In this document: positions 13,151-25,783 of the stretch, piece after piece
Position numbering within the stretch: the stretch's first letter is position 1
How the letters are laid out: the number at the start of each line of letters is the position of its first letter
Source of the DNA: Chrysomallon squamiferum
Lineage: Eukaryota; Animalia; Mollusca
Assembly: GCA_012295275.1 (NCBI GenBank)
Contig: CM022678.1
Location: 4,712,001 to 4,776,000, forward strand
DNA length: 64,000 nt
Direction: 5' to 3'
Made by a program: the position numbers and the translations under genes
Notes under the pieces: model-generated
What the model was told of the DNA's origin: nothing
What the model saw: the letters and a program-made list of their open reading frames with translations, nothing else
Database searches by the model: none

Positions 13151-15165
13151 GGTACTATCACGTGATGCCGTCAAGCCAATCAGTGTCTACTGTGAAATTA
13201 TTAATGGAGGACGGCTGGTAAGTCAGAAATACCTTGATGTAAACAAACAAAAACACACTCAGAAACACATCTGCAGCTATCTAGGCTCCCTGATATATGG
13301 AGTTCCTATACAGCAACTTAAATTGTGAAACATATCTTTAATGGCAGGCAATCATTTCACCTCGCCATATTGAGAGGCCTGTTTCCACTACGTCACAGTT
13401 TCTTCAACGACAATGTTTGTTTTGCGCATGGTGACGATGTTTTTCAGTCTACTTTTGACGATTGTCCAGGAGTTCGACGTTACAGTAAACTGTTATTTTA
13501 ATGAAGTCATTAGTCTCAGAAAATGTTTACATTAATAGCTGTGATATATCTGTCTTTGTGCTAAGTAAAGAATAAAGATGTTTGTTGTCTTAGATGTTTT
13601 ATTCTGTCTTTCCCTCTGTCAGACCTTGTTGATCTATTTTTCTGCATATGAAAATAAGAATCGGTGTTAATAATGGACAGAAGATAAGGAATTTGTGTGT
13701 ACTGAATATGATAATGTTTATCGACAATTCTAATCCTAATTACTAAAAATGATTCTCTGGAGAGAAGTTTTTCAGTAAAAGCAAGAGAAAGCAACATGAT
13801 TAAACATGGCGGAAAGTCCAATTATAATAACATATACATCTTCCTCTTTATCGTAAACAAAGCAACACATAACTATTGATTATAATGACTTTAAACTACC
13901 ATTCAGTCATTAAACAAAACCTGTAAAGACTGGGTATTTTTGTCATACTTTAGGACATACAAACAAATATTGTTATTCAAAGTTCAGTTAATTATTCCTT
14001 CATATTAGATTTGTTTTACTATAACCATCTTCAGACAGCAACAAAATTACCTTTGTACTGGAAAAATAACCAATTATTAAAAATTAATTCGTTCATTGCT
14101 TCTATCCTTCGATTAGAAACTTTACATCGATGTCCCGCTTTAACGAGTGCATCTTACCATTGACGTTCGTGAAACAGAACTGTTAAAAAAATATGTATTC
14201 TTTTTATGAAGAATTATTTTATTTTTATTCTATTCTATTTTATTCTATTCTATTCTATTTATTTATTTATTATACATGGACCCCTGCTCCTCGTGATTTC
14301 ATTTTCACCTTCGTAGAGTCATGATATACGTTTTGCAGTCGTCTGTAGGCTAATTTTATTTTTGAATTTGTAATTTTGTAGCTTAATTCTAAGCCTCGCT
14401 GGGAGAAGTTTCAGTGAACATTTTACTACATTTTCTTAAGAACTAAAAAATTCGTAAGAACTAAAAAATGACATAAAATGAATAAACTCACTCTGACTTG
14501 TCCGATAAGCTCATTTTTCTTTCGTATGATAATGTTATGAGACTGCAATTTATTAGACGCTGATCAGGAAACATGTGTTCCTCGCTTTTAAAATCCCCAG
14601 TAACACTATTAAAGCTCAGAAGAAATATCACCATGTCACACTCAAAATAACGACAGACTTGGAACAAAACAAACGGACAAAGAATTAGAGGGAAAAAGTC
14701 TTCAAAGAAAAAAAATATATATACAGCCATGTAAAAATATATCATTTAAAGACCAGGAGCAAATTTCATTTTATAGTTTTAGTTTATATTTAACGGTCTC
14801 TATGAGATAAGGGCTCATGTAGTAGACACAGATCATAGATTTTTTTTCCCAGTGGTTCTTATTTAACTTGGACTAGATTGTATTGTCTTTCTTCGTTACT
14901 GATTCAGGTATTTCAGCGAAGGACTGACGGATCGGAAGATTTCTACCGAACTTGGAATGAATATAAAGACGGTTTTGGAAATTTGAACAATGAGTTCTGG
15001 CAGGGTGCGTTCTATTCTATTTAATTGTTTGACGCACAGAAAGATTAGTGAATGCATGTGTGAGTTTTGAAGACGAAACATTCTTTTAATATTGATTTTG
15101 TGTCATTATGAAGTGAACATTTTATTACAAACATTTATTGTTATTGTTACTATTATTCCTATTAC

Positions 15166-15229
<64 letters not shown>

Positions 15230-16211
15230 GTTAGGTAACACCAATATTCACAGAATGACTACTCAAGGACTTTATGAACTGAGGGTAGATTTAGAAGATT
15301 TTGAAGGGAACAAGACCTACGCTTCCTACAAGAATTTCTCCATAGCAGGAGAAGAAAAAAATGTCCAGTTCTCAGCAGCCAATTACAGTGGAACTGCTGG
15401 TACTGTGATTTGAAATTACATCATCCTCTAGATATTGTTTACGTTAATAATAACATTTGACGTTAACCTTTTCTTCTATTTGGTTTTCTTTTGACCATTG
15501 TCACTTTCATTTTCTTCATCATTGTCATTATTAGCACTATTGTCATTATTGTTATAATGATCATCATCATTATCATTATCATTAATATTATTATTAAAAT
15601 CATTATTACGAGAATTGTCATCATCATCCTCTACACCACTTTTAAGGATTTCAATATTGCAAATGTAATTATAAAAAAAAAGAAAAAAAAAAGAAGATGA
15701 AGCTTTCATATTATTCACGTTTAAAGGTCGGAAGTGCTGAAAAAAAAAATGTTAACCCAAAACTTACTTAGTAGTTAGGAAAGTAATTATTAAGTATTTT
15801 ATATTATCTCTATTTATTGATGCAGTCAGATACTCAGTAAACGTGTATTACTTTACTAATTTGTCATGTGTGGATATGAATCAGACGGAGACTAATCAAA
15901 AGAAATACATCAACTGTTTCCTTTTCTTTTCTCATCTTTTTTTTTCTTATTTTTCTGCAGCTGATGCTCTGGAGTGGCACAACGGTTGTTATTTCAGCAC
16001 AAAAGATGAAGACAATTTGCTTTTGGACTGTGCTCAACTAAGTAACGGCGCGAGGTGGTACAAATCTTGCTTCCGTTCCAATTTAAATGGCATGTACAGA
16101 AAAACGAAGAATGAACCAGGTACAATTTCATGGTTCGATCCGAACTACGGTTCGGCGATGACATTAAAAAGAACAGTTATGAAAATAAGACCGTCTAACT
16201 TTGTGCCATAG
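13151..16211 (+). pseudogene. PAN-FReD gene C, 5'-truncated
   Basis: Only the 3' half of exon 2 is present (13151-13217, KPISVYCEIINGGRL|gtaagt). Exons 14908-15004, 15235-15399 and 15961-16211 are open (…CAQLSNGARWYKSCFRSNLNG…KIRPSNFVP*). No exon 1 found. Confidence 0.7.
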
Positions 16212-17559
16212 TTTGAACAAGGCACAAAATACGTGGACACACAACAGAGAGAGAGATGCGAAGTCTGCGAAATACTGATCAATGTCGTGTAGATTACGGT
16301 TTTTCTTATCTTTTCTACTTTTTTCTTTTTAATCTTTTTTTGAATTAATAAATCTTTATGCAGTAATTTGTTGTTTGTTTTTTTCACTGATTTTTTTGTT
16401 CACGTTTGTGTAAGAAAATATATTTCAGATATTTCAATCTTATATGCTGTAAACTAAAATTGTCGTAAACTAAAATAATGAAATTGTTTTAATTCCATTA
16501 TATACGCACCGTTTCATCGTCACCGACTGAATGCTATATACTGATCGTTAAAATAACTTTGAAATGTTAGAATCCAAACATTAACCAAACCTGAACATTT
16601 TCATCAGTTTTATCACACTTTAATACATGTAAACTAATATTATTATTCAACGTTCAGTTAATTATTCCTGGTAGAACCACGTGATTGCTGTGTTAAACAT
16701 TATATTTTATTTACTGCCTCAATGTTCAGACACGAATCGACAGCAGTGACAGTAATGCATAGTATCCAATCAAATATTAAACATTTATTCGTTGATTATA
16801 TCTGCCTTTCTGTTAGAAAGCTACAAATCGATATCTCTATTACAAAAACTATCGAATCAGTTGCTAGAGCATAAATCCTATGCATAAACAAAAACAACTG
16901 AAGCAGATAGGTTCTGCGTTCATTTTCTATCAAACAGCAGTTGATTGGTTTACCTTTAATTCCACGATACACACTGCATGTGTCAACATTTAAGTACAGA
17001 ACAGCTGCAGCTAACTACATTCAGTTTACGACAACAAAGAAAACAGGCGATGTAGTTAATTTGTAAGAAAAGAAAATATTGTAGTTCAACAATTAGCTTG
17101 CATTTACCGTTATGACGACATGAAGCACGTCAAGCACAACGTGTATGAAGACGACAGCAACGACGTCATGTATGTCTTCTCTGACAATCGCTTCTGCCAT
17201 TATTTTGTTCCTCTGTGTACAGAAATGTCGTCAAAGAAATTAATTCGTTCGTTGTTTATATTCTTCTATCACAATGTTTACATTGGTGACGGGCTTTAAA
17301 GAAAATACTTTATTATTTATGTTTATGCAACGCAAATGGAAAAACACATACTCTGTTTTAGGAAATAAAAAATACTTCTTACTTAGATTAAGCTGCCTGG
17401 TCATGGTAGAAAAATGAAGATCGAGAGGAGAGAAAAACAAAATGAACGAAAAGAGGATTGCGAATATGAAAATGGATAAAAAAATAAATAAATAAATAAT
17501 AAAAAAATATTATCAAAGTAATAATAATAAAAAAAGTATTGTAATTAAAAATACTTGTA

Positions 17560-18517
17560 CTACCTGTTCGATTACACTATTTTCAGGCAATTGGAAATTC
17601 TTGTCTTCTTCTACTGCTAAAGAGATATTCATAGAAGGACGCATGCAATCTTCAAATTCATCTAAAGTCATAAAATCCTAGAGTAATCAGATAATCAATG
17701 TTAGTGTTACCTAATAATAATAACGATAATAATAATAATAACGATACTAATAATAATAACAATAATAATAACAATAATAATAATAACAATAATAATAATA
17801 ATCATTATTAAGTTGTTGATAATAATATCATTATCAGATAACATCTATTTTTCTAGAATAGGTATATAAAACAAACGAGTTATTATGCTGTCTTGAAAAC
17901 TGGTGTTGGTATTTACTGATCTCTCCAGGTATCAAAAAAAGTAATTATGTTTAAACATACCCAGCCAGAGCTCATTGTTTAAGTCTCCGAAACCGTCTTT
18001 ATATTCATGGCAAATTCTATAGAAATCGTTTGATCTGTCAGTTCTTACACGAAAAACCTGAGTCTGTGATTGAGAAACAATAACTGTAAGACAGTGCTGA
18101 TAATGGTAGCACGACCATATTCTAGATGTATATAAACTGTTAGCTGTAAATGTCTGTCTGGGTGTACGTTTGAATGCGTGTCTCTCTATCTGTATATAAT
18201 TTAGCTTTATATCAAGAGAATCCTCCCTTACTAATTTCGCAGTACATTCTGATTAGCTTTCCGGTGACACGTGACTTTACCAAATAAATCCCATTAGCAT
18301 GAAGTGCTGTCTTCAAAACATCGTAAGATATTATGGCGATTCGTCGAAATCGGTTTCATCGTTGCCAAAAGTTGTACAGGATGAAAATGATGAGTGAAGT
18401 TAAAACTTGTTGTCTTTGTTGTCTGTAAAGATAAATCAGTGTAATATGGAAAAAGACGTGTGGATAAAATGCAAAGTTATATGATTATATCTGTAATAAT
18501 AATAATAATAATAATAA

Positions 18518-18548
<31 letters not shown>

Positions 18549-18750
18549 AAAGACGATAACAATGTAATGCACACTCTGATCGTGTTGAGGTTATCATTTC
18601 TAGTATGTCCTGGATCTTGGGTTCCACGTTCTGAAATAATGGTGATTCGCGAAGGACAGATTCTACTGAACCAGAAGCTGGACAGACATCAGTTACAGTC
18701 TTGGTATTTAAGAGGATGAAAATGGTGACTGTTACGTTCAAGAACATGAT
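17560..18750 (-). pseudogene. PAN-FReD gene D, heavily decayed
   Basis: Half exon 1 (~18750-18553, class II, RSECALHCYR, broken at a TTC/TAT microsatellite), a second exon-1 scrap (~18340-18395), decayed exon 2 (~18325-18215), exon 3 18057-17961 (VFRVRTDRSNDFYRICHEYKDGFG) and a deleted exon 4 (~17710-17560). Confidence 0.7.
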
Positions 18751-19563
18751 CAAATGTCTTCTTCTTTCAAGGCCTTCTCAGTCGTCATTTCACATGATGA
18801 TCAAGTCGATGAGTGATTGAGAGTTCTGTACAGTTTCTTTCAAATCAATTTTTTTTTTACTGATGTTTGAAGATTATCCACGAATGCTAAGTAACAGTAA
18901 ATTTGTTTATTAGTTAATGTGATAACGTCAAAAAGGTTTTATTTCAGTAACTGATACATTTGGGATCAGCTACAAAAATAGGTAAAGTAAAGGACGTAGT
19001 GGTATGAGTGGACGTAGTGGTTGTCGAAACCATTTCTTGTTAACTTACGTCTTAGAACTCGGTGCATTACTTATTTTAAAAGTGTGTATATGTACTTGTG
19101 TGTGTGTGTGTGTATGTGTGTGTGTGTGTGTGTGTGTATTCACTCAAAATACTAAAATACTAAAGTTTTTCAATATCATTCCTCTATTTAGAATGTCGAG
19201 TAATATAATACATTGCAATACTACTTTATTTTTCATATTTCATTAGGAGATATGTCTTTGAATTGAAGAAATGTGTGTGTTTAAAACAAATAAAAGTTGT
19301 TCTTCTTATTATTATTTTCCCCTTCGATACGAAGATGTAATTTTATTTCAGACTGCTCGTTCTGTATAGGTTTAGTGATCAGTGAATCAGTCATCTGCCG
19401 ATGTGCCAAATTTTAGAAGTTATTTAATTTTATTTTTCAGATTGTTCTTCCAAAAATCAACGAACCTAAGAGAATAAATTTACAGTGACAAATCATGACT
19501 TGATTAGAAGCTTATCTATTTCAATTTAAATTAAAATAATAATAATAATAATGATGATAATAA

Positions 19564-19607
<44 letters not shown>

Positions 19608-20400
19608 GTAAATAAATAAATAATAAATAAATAAATAAATAATAATACTTAGTTACTGGTGACAAGTAAGATTAATTCATTTCAAAATTTCGATAACAGC
19701 ATAAGCTTGAAATAACTCGTGCGAAAAAAGGAAATTTTGGTGCATGTAAGTAAACGGTATGTTAATAAGAATAACAGTCTGCTAGAGAGCATCTTCCGAT
19801 ATGGATATAACATCACTGGTCTAATATATTATTGACAAAAAAACTTATAAACCAATGTAGTTTCAACACTGTATATTTACTTATCTGTACTAAATGTTCT
19901 GTTGGACAGATTTAATACAAGTTTATTCTGTTATCTTAATTTGCCTGTATCACATTGTGAAATAAATTAGTTTTCCACATGTCACAAGTTAACCGTGTGC
20001 GTGGTTGTGTTGGGTTTTTAATTAAATTAACAGTAGATAAATCTCTGTATCTACCATTCTGATCGATCTATGTAGATCAGATGTTCGTAAAGTACATAAT
20101 GAAATCAGTTCAGTCAAACATCATAGAAGTGCAGGATTCAGGTGTAAGCTAATAAAATATACATATATATATATTAACAAAACAAAAAAAGAGGGTGGAC
20201 AGAACAATAAAAACAAAAGCTAAAATGAGAAGTAAAAATAAATGTGTATCTGATTAAATCCGTATTCTAACCAACCCCTCTATTCATCTTTGGGTCTTCC
20301 CTCGCTTTCATACCTACGGCCCTTAGATAAAACAAAAACAAACCAAAACTAATAAATCAATGAAATTTTAAAATAAATGTTGTTGTAACAAGCTGAGATT

Positions 20401-20416
20401 TGACGTCAAATGACGT
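20401..20416 (+). promoter_or_regulatory. Candidate CRE/ATF sites (TGACGTCA plus adjacent TGACGT)
   Basis: Full palindrome at 20401-20408 and a second core at 20411-20416, ~90 nt before a strong donor AAG|GTATGT at 20509 that could end a 5'-UTR exon of gene H. Confidence 0.35.
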
Positions 20417-20589
20417 GCCAGATTGACAACTATTGCTATACATTTCACACTCACACCAAAGTTATCCACATTTCTAAGAAGACAGACAGAAACAATGATC
20501 AGCTCTAAGGTATGTATCTATGATATTTACATTATGCCAATACAAATCTACATTTTATATATATAGGAATAGTTATTATATATATATAA

Positions 20590-20622
<33 letters not shown>

Positions 20623-21005
20623 TATATATAGGTTTCACAATTTTCGTTGAGACAAAAGATATAGTTATAATTCGAAATGTTTTTTTTTTTTTTCCCCTGT
20701 TGTCTGATTTTAAAAAGTGAAGGAACATAAGGTTCACGATTTTTTTTTTTTTTTTTTTTTAGGGCGTTTGTATTTTCTTTTATTAGACACCCAGTACTCA
20801 ATGTTTTTTTTTTTTAAATTTTTTTTTTTTCTCTTGATGGGGTGTGAAATATTCATTCATTCATTCAGATATAGCGGATATTATAAATCTAATGAACGTC
20901 GTTAAATAAAACATTACTTGTTCTGCATGTACCAATTAAGATATATAGAATATATTAAAAACTATCTTATTTACTGTCATCATTTTATTTCTAGTTACCT
21001 GGAAA

Positions 21006-21161
21006 ATGAAGATGTTGGCTAGTTCGACGTTGCTACAGTATTCTGGATTTATTTTCATCATTTTAACTACGACAACAGCTACATGTGGTAATTACTTCTT
21101 TATACAATAAATACATTAATTAATTAATTTAAATTAAATAATAAATTTATAAAAATAAATT

Positions 21162-21223
<62 letters not shown>

Positions 21224-22889
21224 GAACGATGAAGAAGAAGACAACGTCATTCTTCTCTCTATTAAAAATAGATATTACAGGCATTCTGATTTCACGTTCC
21301 AGACTCTTGCTGGAGACACGTCTTTACGAATGACGAAAATGGCGTTAGACAAAACGGTTCTCTTTCTGAACTGGTATCTGCCGTTCAAAGTGGGCACCGA
21401 GTGAAGGTAGTCACTGGAAAATACTCTTCAGAGGCAGACACCGCAGAGATTAGACCGGGGCTGGTTTCAGTTCAATTTTTCAATCAAACAGGCGGACACG
21501 AATCAACCGTTCTTCTTCTGGCAGAAAGCGGACACGACTGGATCGGTGACGACTCGAATATCCAAGTCCTCTCAAGAAACCTCTCTTAGCAAAACAGAAA
21601 AGAAAACAATGAGATGGTTCGTTGACACTAGGCCGTGGACAAAAGTTTTATCCACCAACGAAAACGGCGAAGTAACTTTTGGATCGAAACGTGATCTGAG
21701 AAGCGCTGTTGAAAAAGGCGCGGACGTACGCGTAGCCGTGCAGTTTGAATACAAGAGAAGGCGGGCGCCGAGTAAAAGACACCATGGATCAGGTCACAGA
21801 CAAGGCGGGTTGTGGCCCCATCGACACCATGGATCAGGTCACAGACAAGGCGGTTTGTGGCCGCATCGACACCATGGATCAGGTCACAGACAAGGCGGTT
21901 TGTGGCCGCATCGACACCATGGATCAGATCACAGACATGGTAGATGGCGGTGGGAAAAGCAGATAAGAACTGTCGTACGTCATGGCGGGTTGTGGCCGCA
22001 TCGACACCATGGATCAGATCACAGACAAGGCGGGATGTGGCCGCATATACACCATGGATCAGATCACAGACAAGGAGGTTTCTGGCCGCATCAACACCAT
22101 GGATCAGATCACAGACATGGTAGATGGCGGTGGGAAAAGCAGATAAGAACTGTCGTACGTCATGGCGGGTTGTGGCCGCATCGACACCATGGATCAGGTC
22201 ACAGACAAGGCGGGATGTGGCCGCATCGACACCATGGATCAGATCACAGACATGGTGGATGGCGGTGGCAAAAGCAGCGCAGAACTGTCGTACGTCATGG
22301 CGGGTTGTGGCCGCATCGACACCATGGATCAGATGACAGACAAGGCGGGTTGTGGCCGCATCGACACCATGGATCAGATCACAGGCAAGGCGGGTTGTGG
22401 CCGCATCGACACCATGGATCGGATCACAGACATGCGTATCGTGCACAACCCATTTTGGCGCTGATGTCCGAATACAACAAAACATGGACTCCGAGTAAAA
22501 GACACATTGGTTCGTGGGGAAGAGGTGGAATGCAGGGGTGGCATAGTCACCACGGAAAAGGTCATCGACAGCATGGATCAGGTCACAGGCACCGTGGATC
22601 AGGTCATCAACATGGCGGATGGCACAGACCGCCTAGATCAGATCGACGATATGATGATGGCTCACACGAAACTACTGAACAGGGCTGGATTGTCTTTCAG
22701 GCTAAGGATCCGGAGCTAGGTCCTTCTGGAGATATTACTGCTGAGTTAGTTCAGGAAGTTGGATCAAAGGAAGTCATGATCGTCACGACTCAAGGAAATG
22801 TCGACATCTATCAGACACGTCAATGGAAGGACATACACGACGGACACGTCTCTGTAAAACAAGCTGTCAACTGGTTTGTCAACTATTAA
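21006..22889 (+). CDS. Gene H: secreted protein with two copies of an unnamed domain and a His/Gly/Arg/Trp-rich repeat insert; one apparent frame break near 21470-21495
   Basis: Signal exon 21006-21087 (MKMLASSTLLQYSGFIFIILTTTTATC, phase 1). Acceptor TTCCAG|21303 gives DSCWRHVFTNDENGVRQNGSLSELVSAVQSGHRVKV, which aligns with internal repeat 2 PWTKVLSTNENGEVTFGSKRDLRSAVEKGADVRV; the two copies end WFVD and WFVN. AATAAA at 22958. Confidence 0.75.
21777..22433 (+). repeat. Coding tandem repeat: 45-bp units (HRHHGS[G/D]HRQGGLWP) interspersed with three 90-bp units
   Basis: 12 copies of the CACCATGGATC (HHGS) core; all unit lengths are multiples of 3. Confidence 0.95.
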
Positions 22890-23213
22890 CTTTGAAAAAA
22901 GCCGAAAACGATGAATATAAAAAATATGTTCTCTTCTACGAGTAAATTAAATTCCGTAATAAAAGAATGCAAGAAAGGTCTGTTTTCAGCTGTATCTTCT
23001 CAATCCAATTTAACCAACCTAGAATTTAACGTGCATAATTACAATTAAGAAATAAACAAATAAAGAAATAAAAATAAAGGAGAATAAATAAAAATAAATA
23101 ATATAAACTTAAAAGAAGATATCTCTAAAGATATATTTTTTCTTGTCGTGTTCTTGATCCGAATTAACCTATGATGTCATTACTTATGATACAAGATGCA
23201 ACATAACTCATTC

Positions 23214-23255
<42 letters not shown>

Positions 23256-23696
23256 TAATAAGGGAAAAAGGATGAAGAAAAAGAACATCACATCACTCTT
23301 CTCTCTTTCTCTTTTGAAACAGTTATATAATAAAAAAATAAAAACAGCAGCAACAACAACAACGACAACGACAACAAGAACAACAACAATAATATATTAA
23401 ATAATGGATTAATGAATTATATAATTAATCGAACAATTAAAGTTATTATCCACCGCTAAAAATGACTTGACGTTTATACTTTTCCCAAACAAATCTGTGA
23501 ATACAAATAGGTGTATTTTATAATTTATTAGAACAACAAACACATACACGCAGTAACTGGCAAAATATAAAAGACAGATTATCTTAACAACCTTAGAAGT
23601 TGAAAAGATCTCCAAGTTACTATTTATAGTGTATTTTAAAAAATCTAAATCAATAATATACATTGAATAATCATAACAATAATAATAACAATAACA

Positions 23697-23731
<35 letters not shown>

Positions 23732-24071
23732 TAACAATAAAATATATATGAACAACTATGAAAGGTTGTAAAATAAATTACAAAAATATTAGTAGTAAAA
23801 GTAAAAACAGTAGTAGTAGTAGTAGTAGAAGTAGTAGTAGTAGTAGCAGCAGCAGAAGAAGAAGAAGAAGAAGAAGATTATAAACTTTTTGGAATTAGAA
23901 AACAGAACCTAAACAAATCGATACAAACTAACAGTATGTTCAAATATCCAGGATAAACGTCTTAAATATAAAATGATTTTAGTAATGATTTTACATCGAT
24001 TAATATGTTATCAGAATCGTTAGCCATTGATCAATAATTCTGATCAGGAAACAGACCAATAACGGAGGAAG

Positions 24072-24201
<130 letters not shown>

Positions 24202-25214
24202 ATATGCAATAATGGAATATTTAATTCATTTCGCACAAACAAAAATATCACTTAAATCTACAATTAATTTCCTTTATTTGCCTATCAAAACTTCTTCGCT
24301 GAAACTTGATATATACATAAACACTTGAATTATTAAAAAATTAACCTCTTAATTGTGATTTCATGCGTTATTGGAAATATTATATTACATTTTCAATTAA
24401 TATTAATTTAAGACTTTTTTCATCTACACTAAATCGGAATAACTATAAATAATTACATAAGTAAATAAATAAATAAATAACAAGAGAATAAAATAAAACT
24501 GAAAATGGAATAAATAAATAAATAAATTAATTAATAACAAGTGGATAAAATACAAAAGAAAATAAGGAAAAAATGCATTGAATAATAAAATAAATTAAAA
24601 TGAGTATTTTGACAGATTGAATAAATTATAAGAAATATTAACTCCGTTTTCTTCAGACTCATATAATTAGTAACAAACGAATAAATGTCTTCGAAATTTC
24701 CGATTATAAAAGTACTTTTTATTACCTAGAAACACTTCTGTGTATATCATATACAACAACACTTCAATTATTTAAAAACTTTTTAACCATTTACTTGTGA
24801 TTCCAAGCATCACTGGGAAAACCATTTTTTGTTCATTATTAATTTAAACCTCTTTCTTTTGTCTACACTATGTAGGACTCTCTATATATATGATCAGTGA
24901 CTACATGACTGTCTCTATATATTATGATCAGTGACTACATGACTGTCTCACATTTATTCTGCTCTGAAGACGACACGACAACAGTGAAAACGACACCAAG
25001 CATAATTTCAAGTCAAAAAAATGTATTACCCACGTCAATCATATAACAACACTTCAATTATTTAAAAACTTTTTAACCATTTACTTGTGATTCCAAGCAT
25101 CAAGACGACATTATTAATTTAAACCTCTTTCTTTTGTGACAAGTTCAACCAGTGAAAACGACAACAACGACGTGAAGGATAACATATGAGAACAGGACAA
25201 CATCGATGTGAAAT

Positions 25215-25618
25215 ATGTATTTTCTAAAGAACATCGTCTTATTAATCTGCCTCATATTCGAGTACGCGGCTGCCACAGAATTCTGTCCAGCTTCTGGCAA
25301 AGATGAAACCAATTTCCACGAAGTACAACTGTATCGAGATGTAAAACCCAAGGTACCAAGTTTAAAAGAAGTGACAACCCCAGGAAGATCACTATGTGCA
25401 GTAAATTGCTATCGTCGTCCTGGCTGTAGAAGTATTTTCTATTCAACCACTGATAACGTCTGTTTGTTGTACGGTGAAGACGTTTTTCATTCGGCCTTAG
25501 AAAATTATCCGGGAATGCGACGCTTCGGTAAATTACTTAGACATAGAGTTTATGATTACTTTATTTATTTTTTCCTCAACTGTATTTATTATTTTATTAT
25601 TATTATTATTATTATTAT

Positions 25619-25657
<39 letters not shown>

Positions 25658-25711
25658 CATAAATATTGAAAATCAGACTCGAAAACGAGGTTCTATCCTC
25701 CTTCAGCTGGA

Positions 25712-25783
<72 letters not shown>

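Noticed and set aside
17105-17230. Possible additional exon-1 5' remnant on the + strand
   Set aside because: Similarity to the family 5' UTR and signal sequence is too decayed to delimit confidently.
21777-22433. Regularly spaced repeats resembling a CRISPR array
   Set aside because: The intervening sequences are themselves repeated, all units are multiples of 3 within one long ORF, the context is eukaryotic and intron-rich, and no cas genes are present.
21628-22485. 285-aa antisense ORF and alternative-frame ORFs over the repeat
   Set aside because: By-products of a stop-poor tandem repeat; only the + frame links to the flanking duplicated domain.
24752-25137. Small local duplications upstream of gene E (24752-24862 vs 25045-25137; ~30-nt tandem at 24888-24948)
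   Set aside because: Real, but ordinary slippage duplications with no evident function.
25215-25527. Calling the family FREP, ficolin, tenascin or angiopoietin
   Set aside because: No IgSF, collagen G-X-Y, EGF/FN3 or coiled-coil segment; exon-1 Cys spacing fits PAN/Apple instead. No gene symbol assigned.
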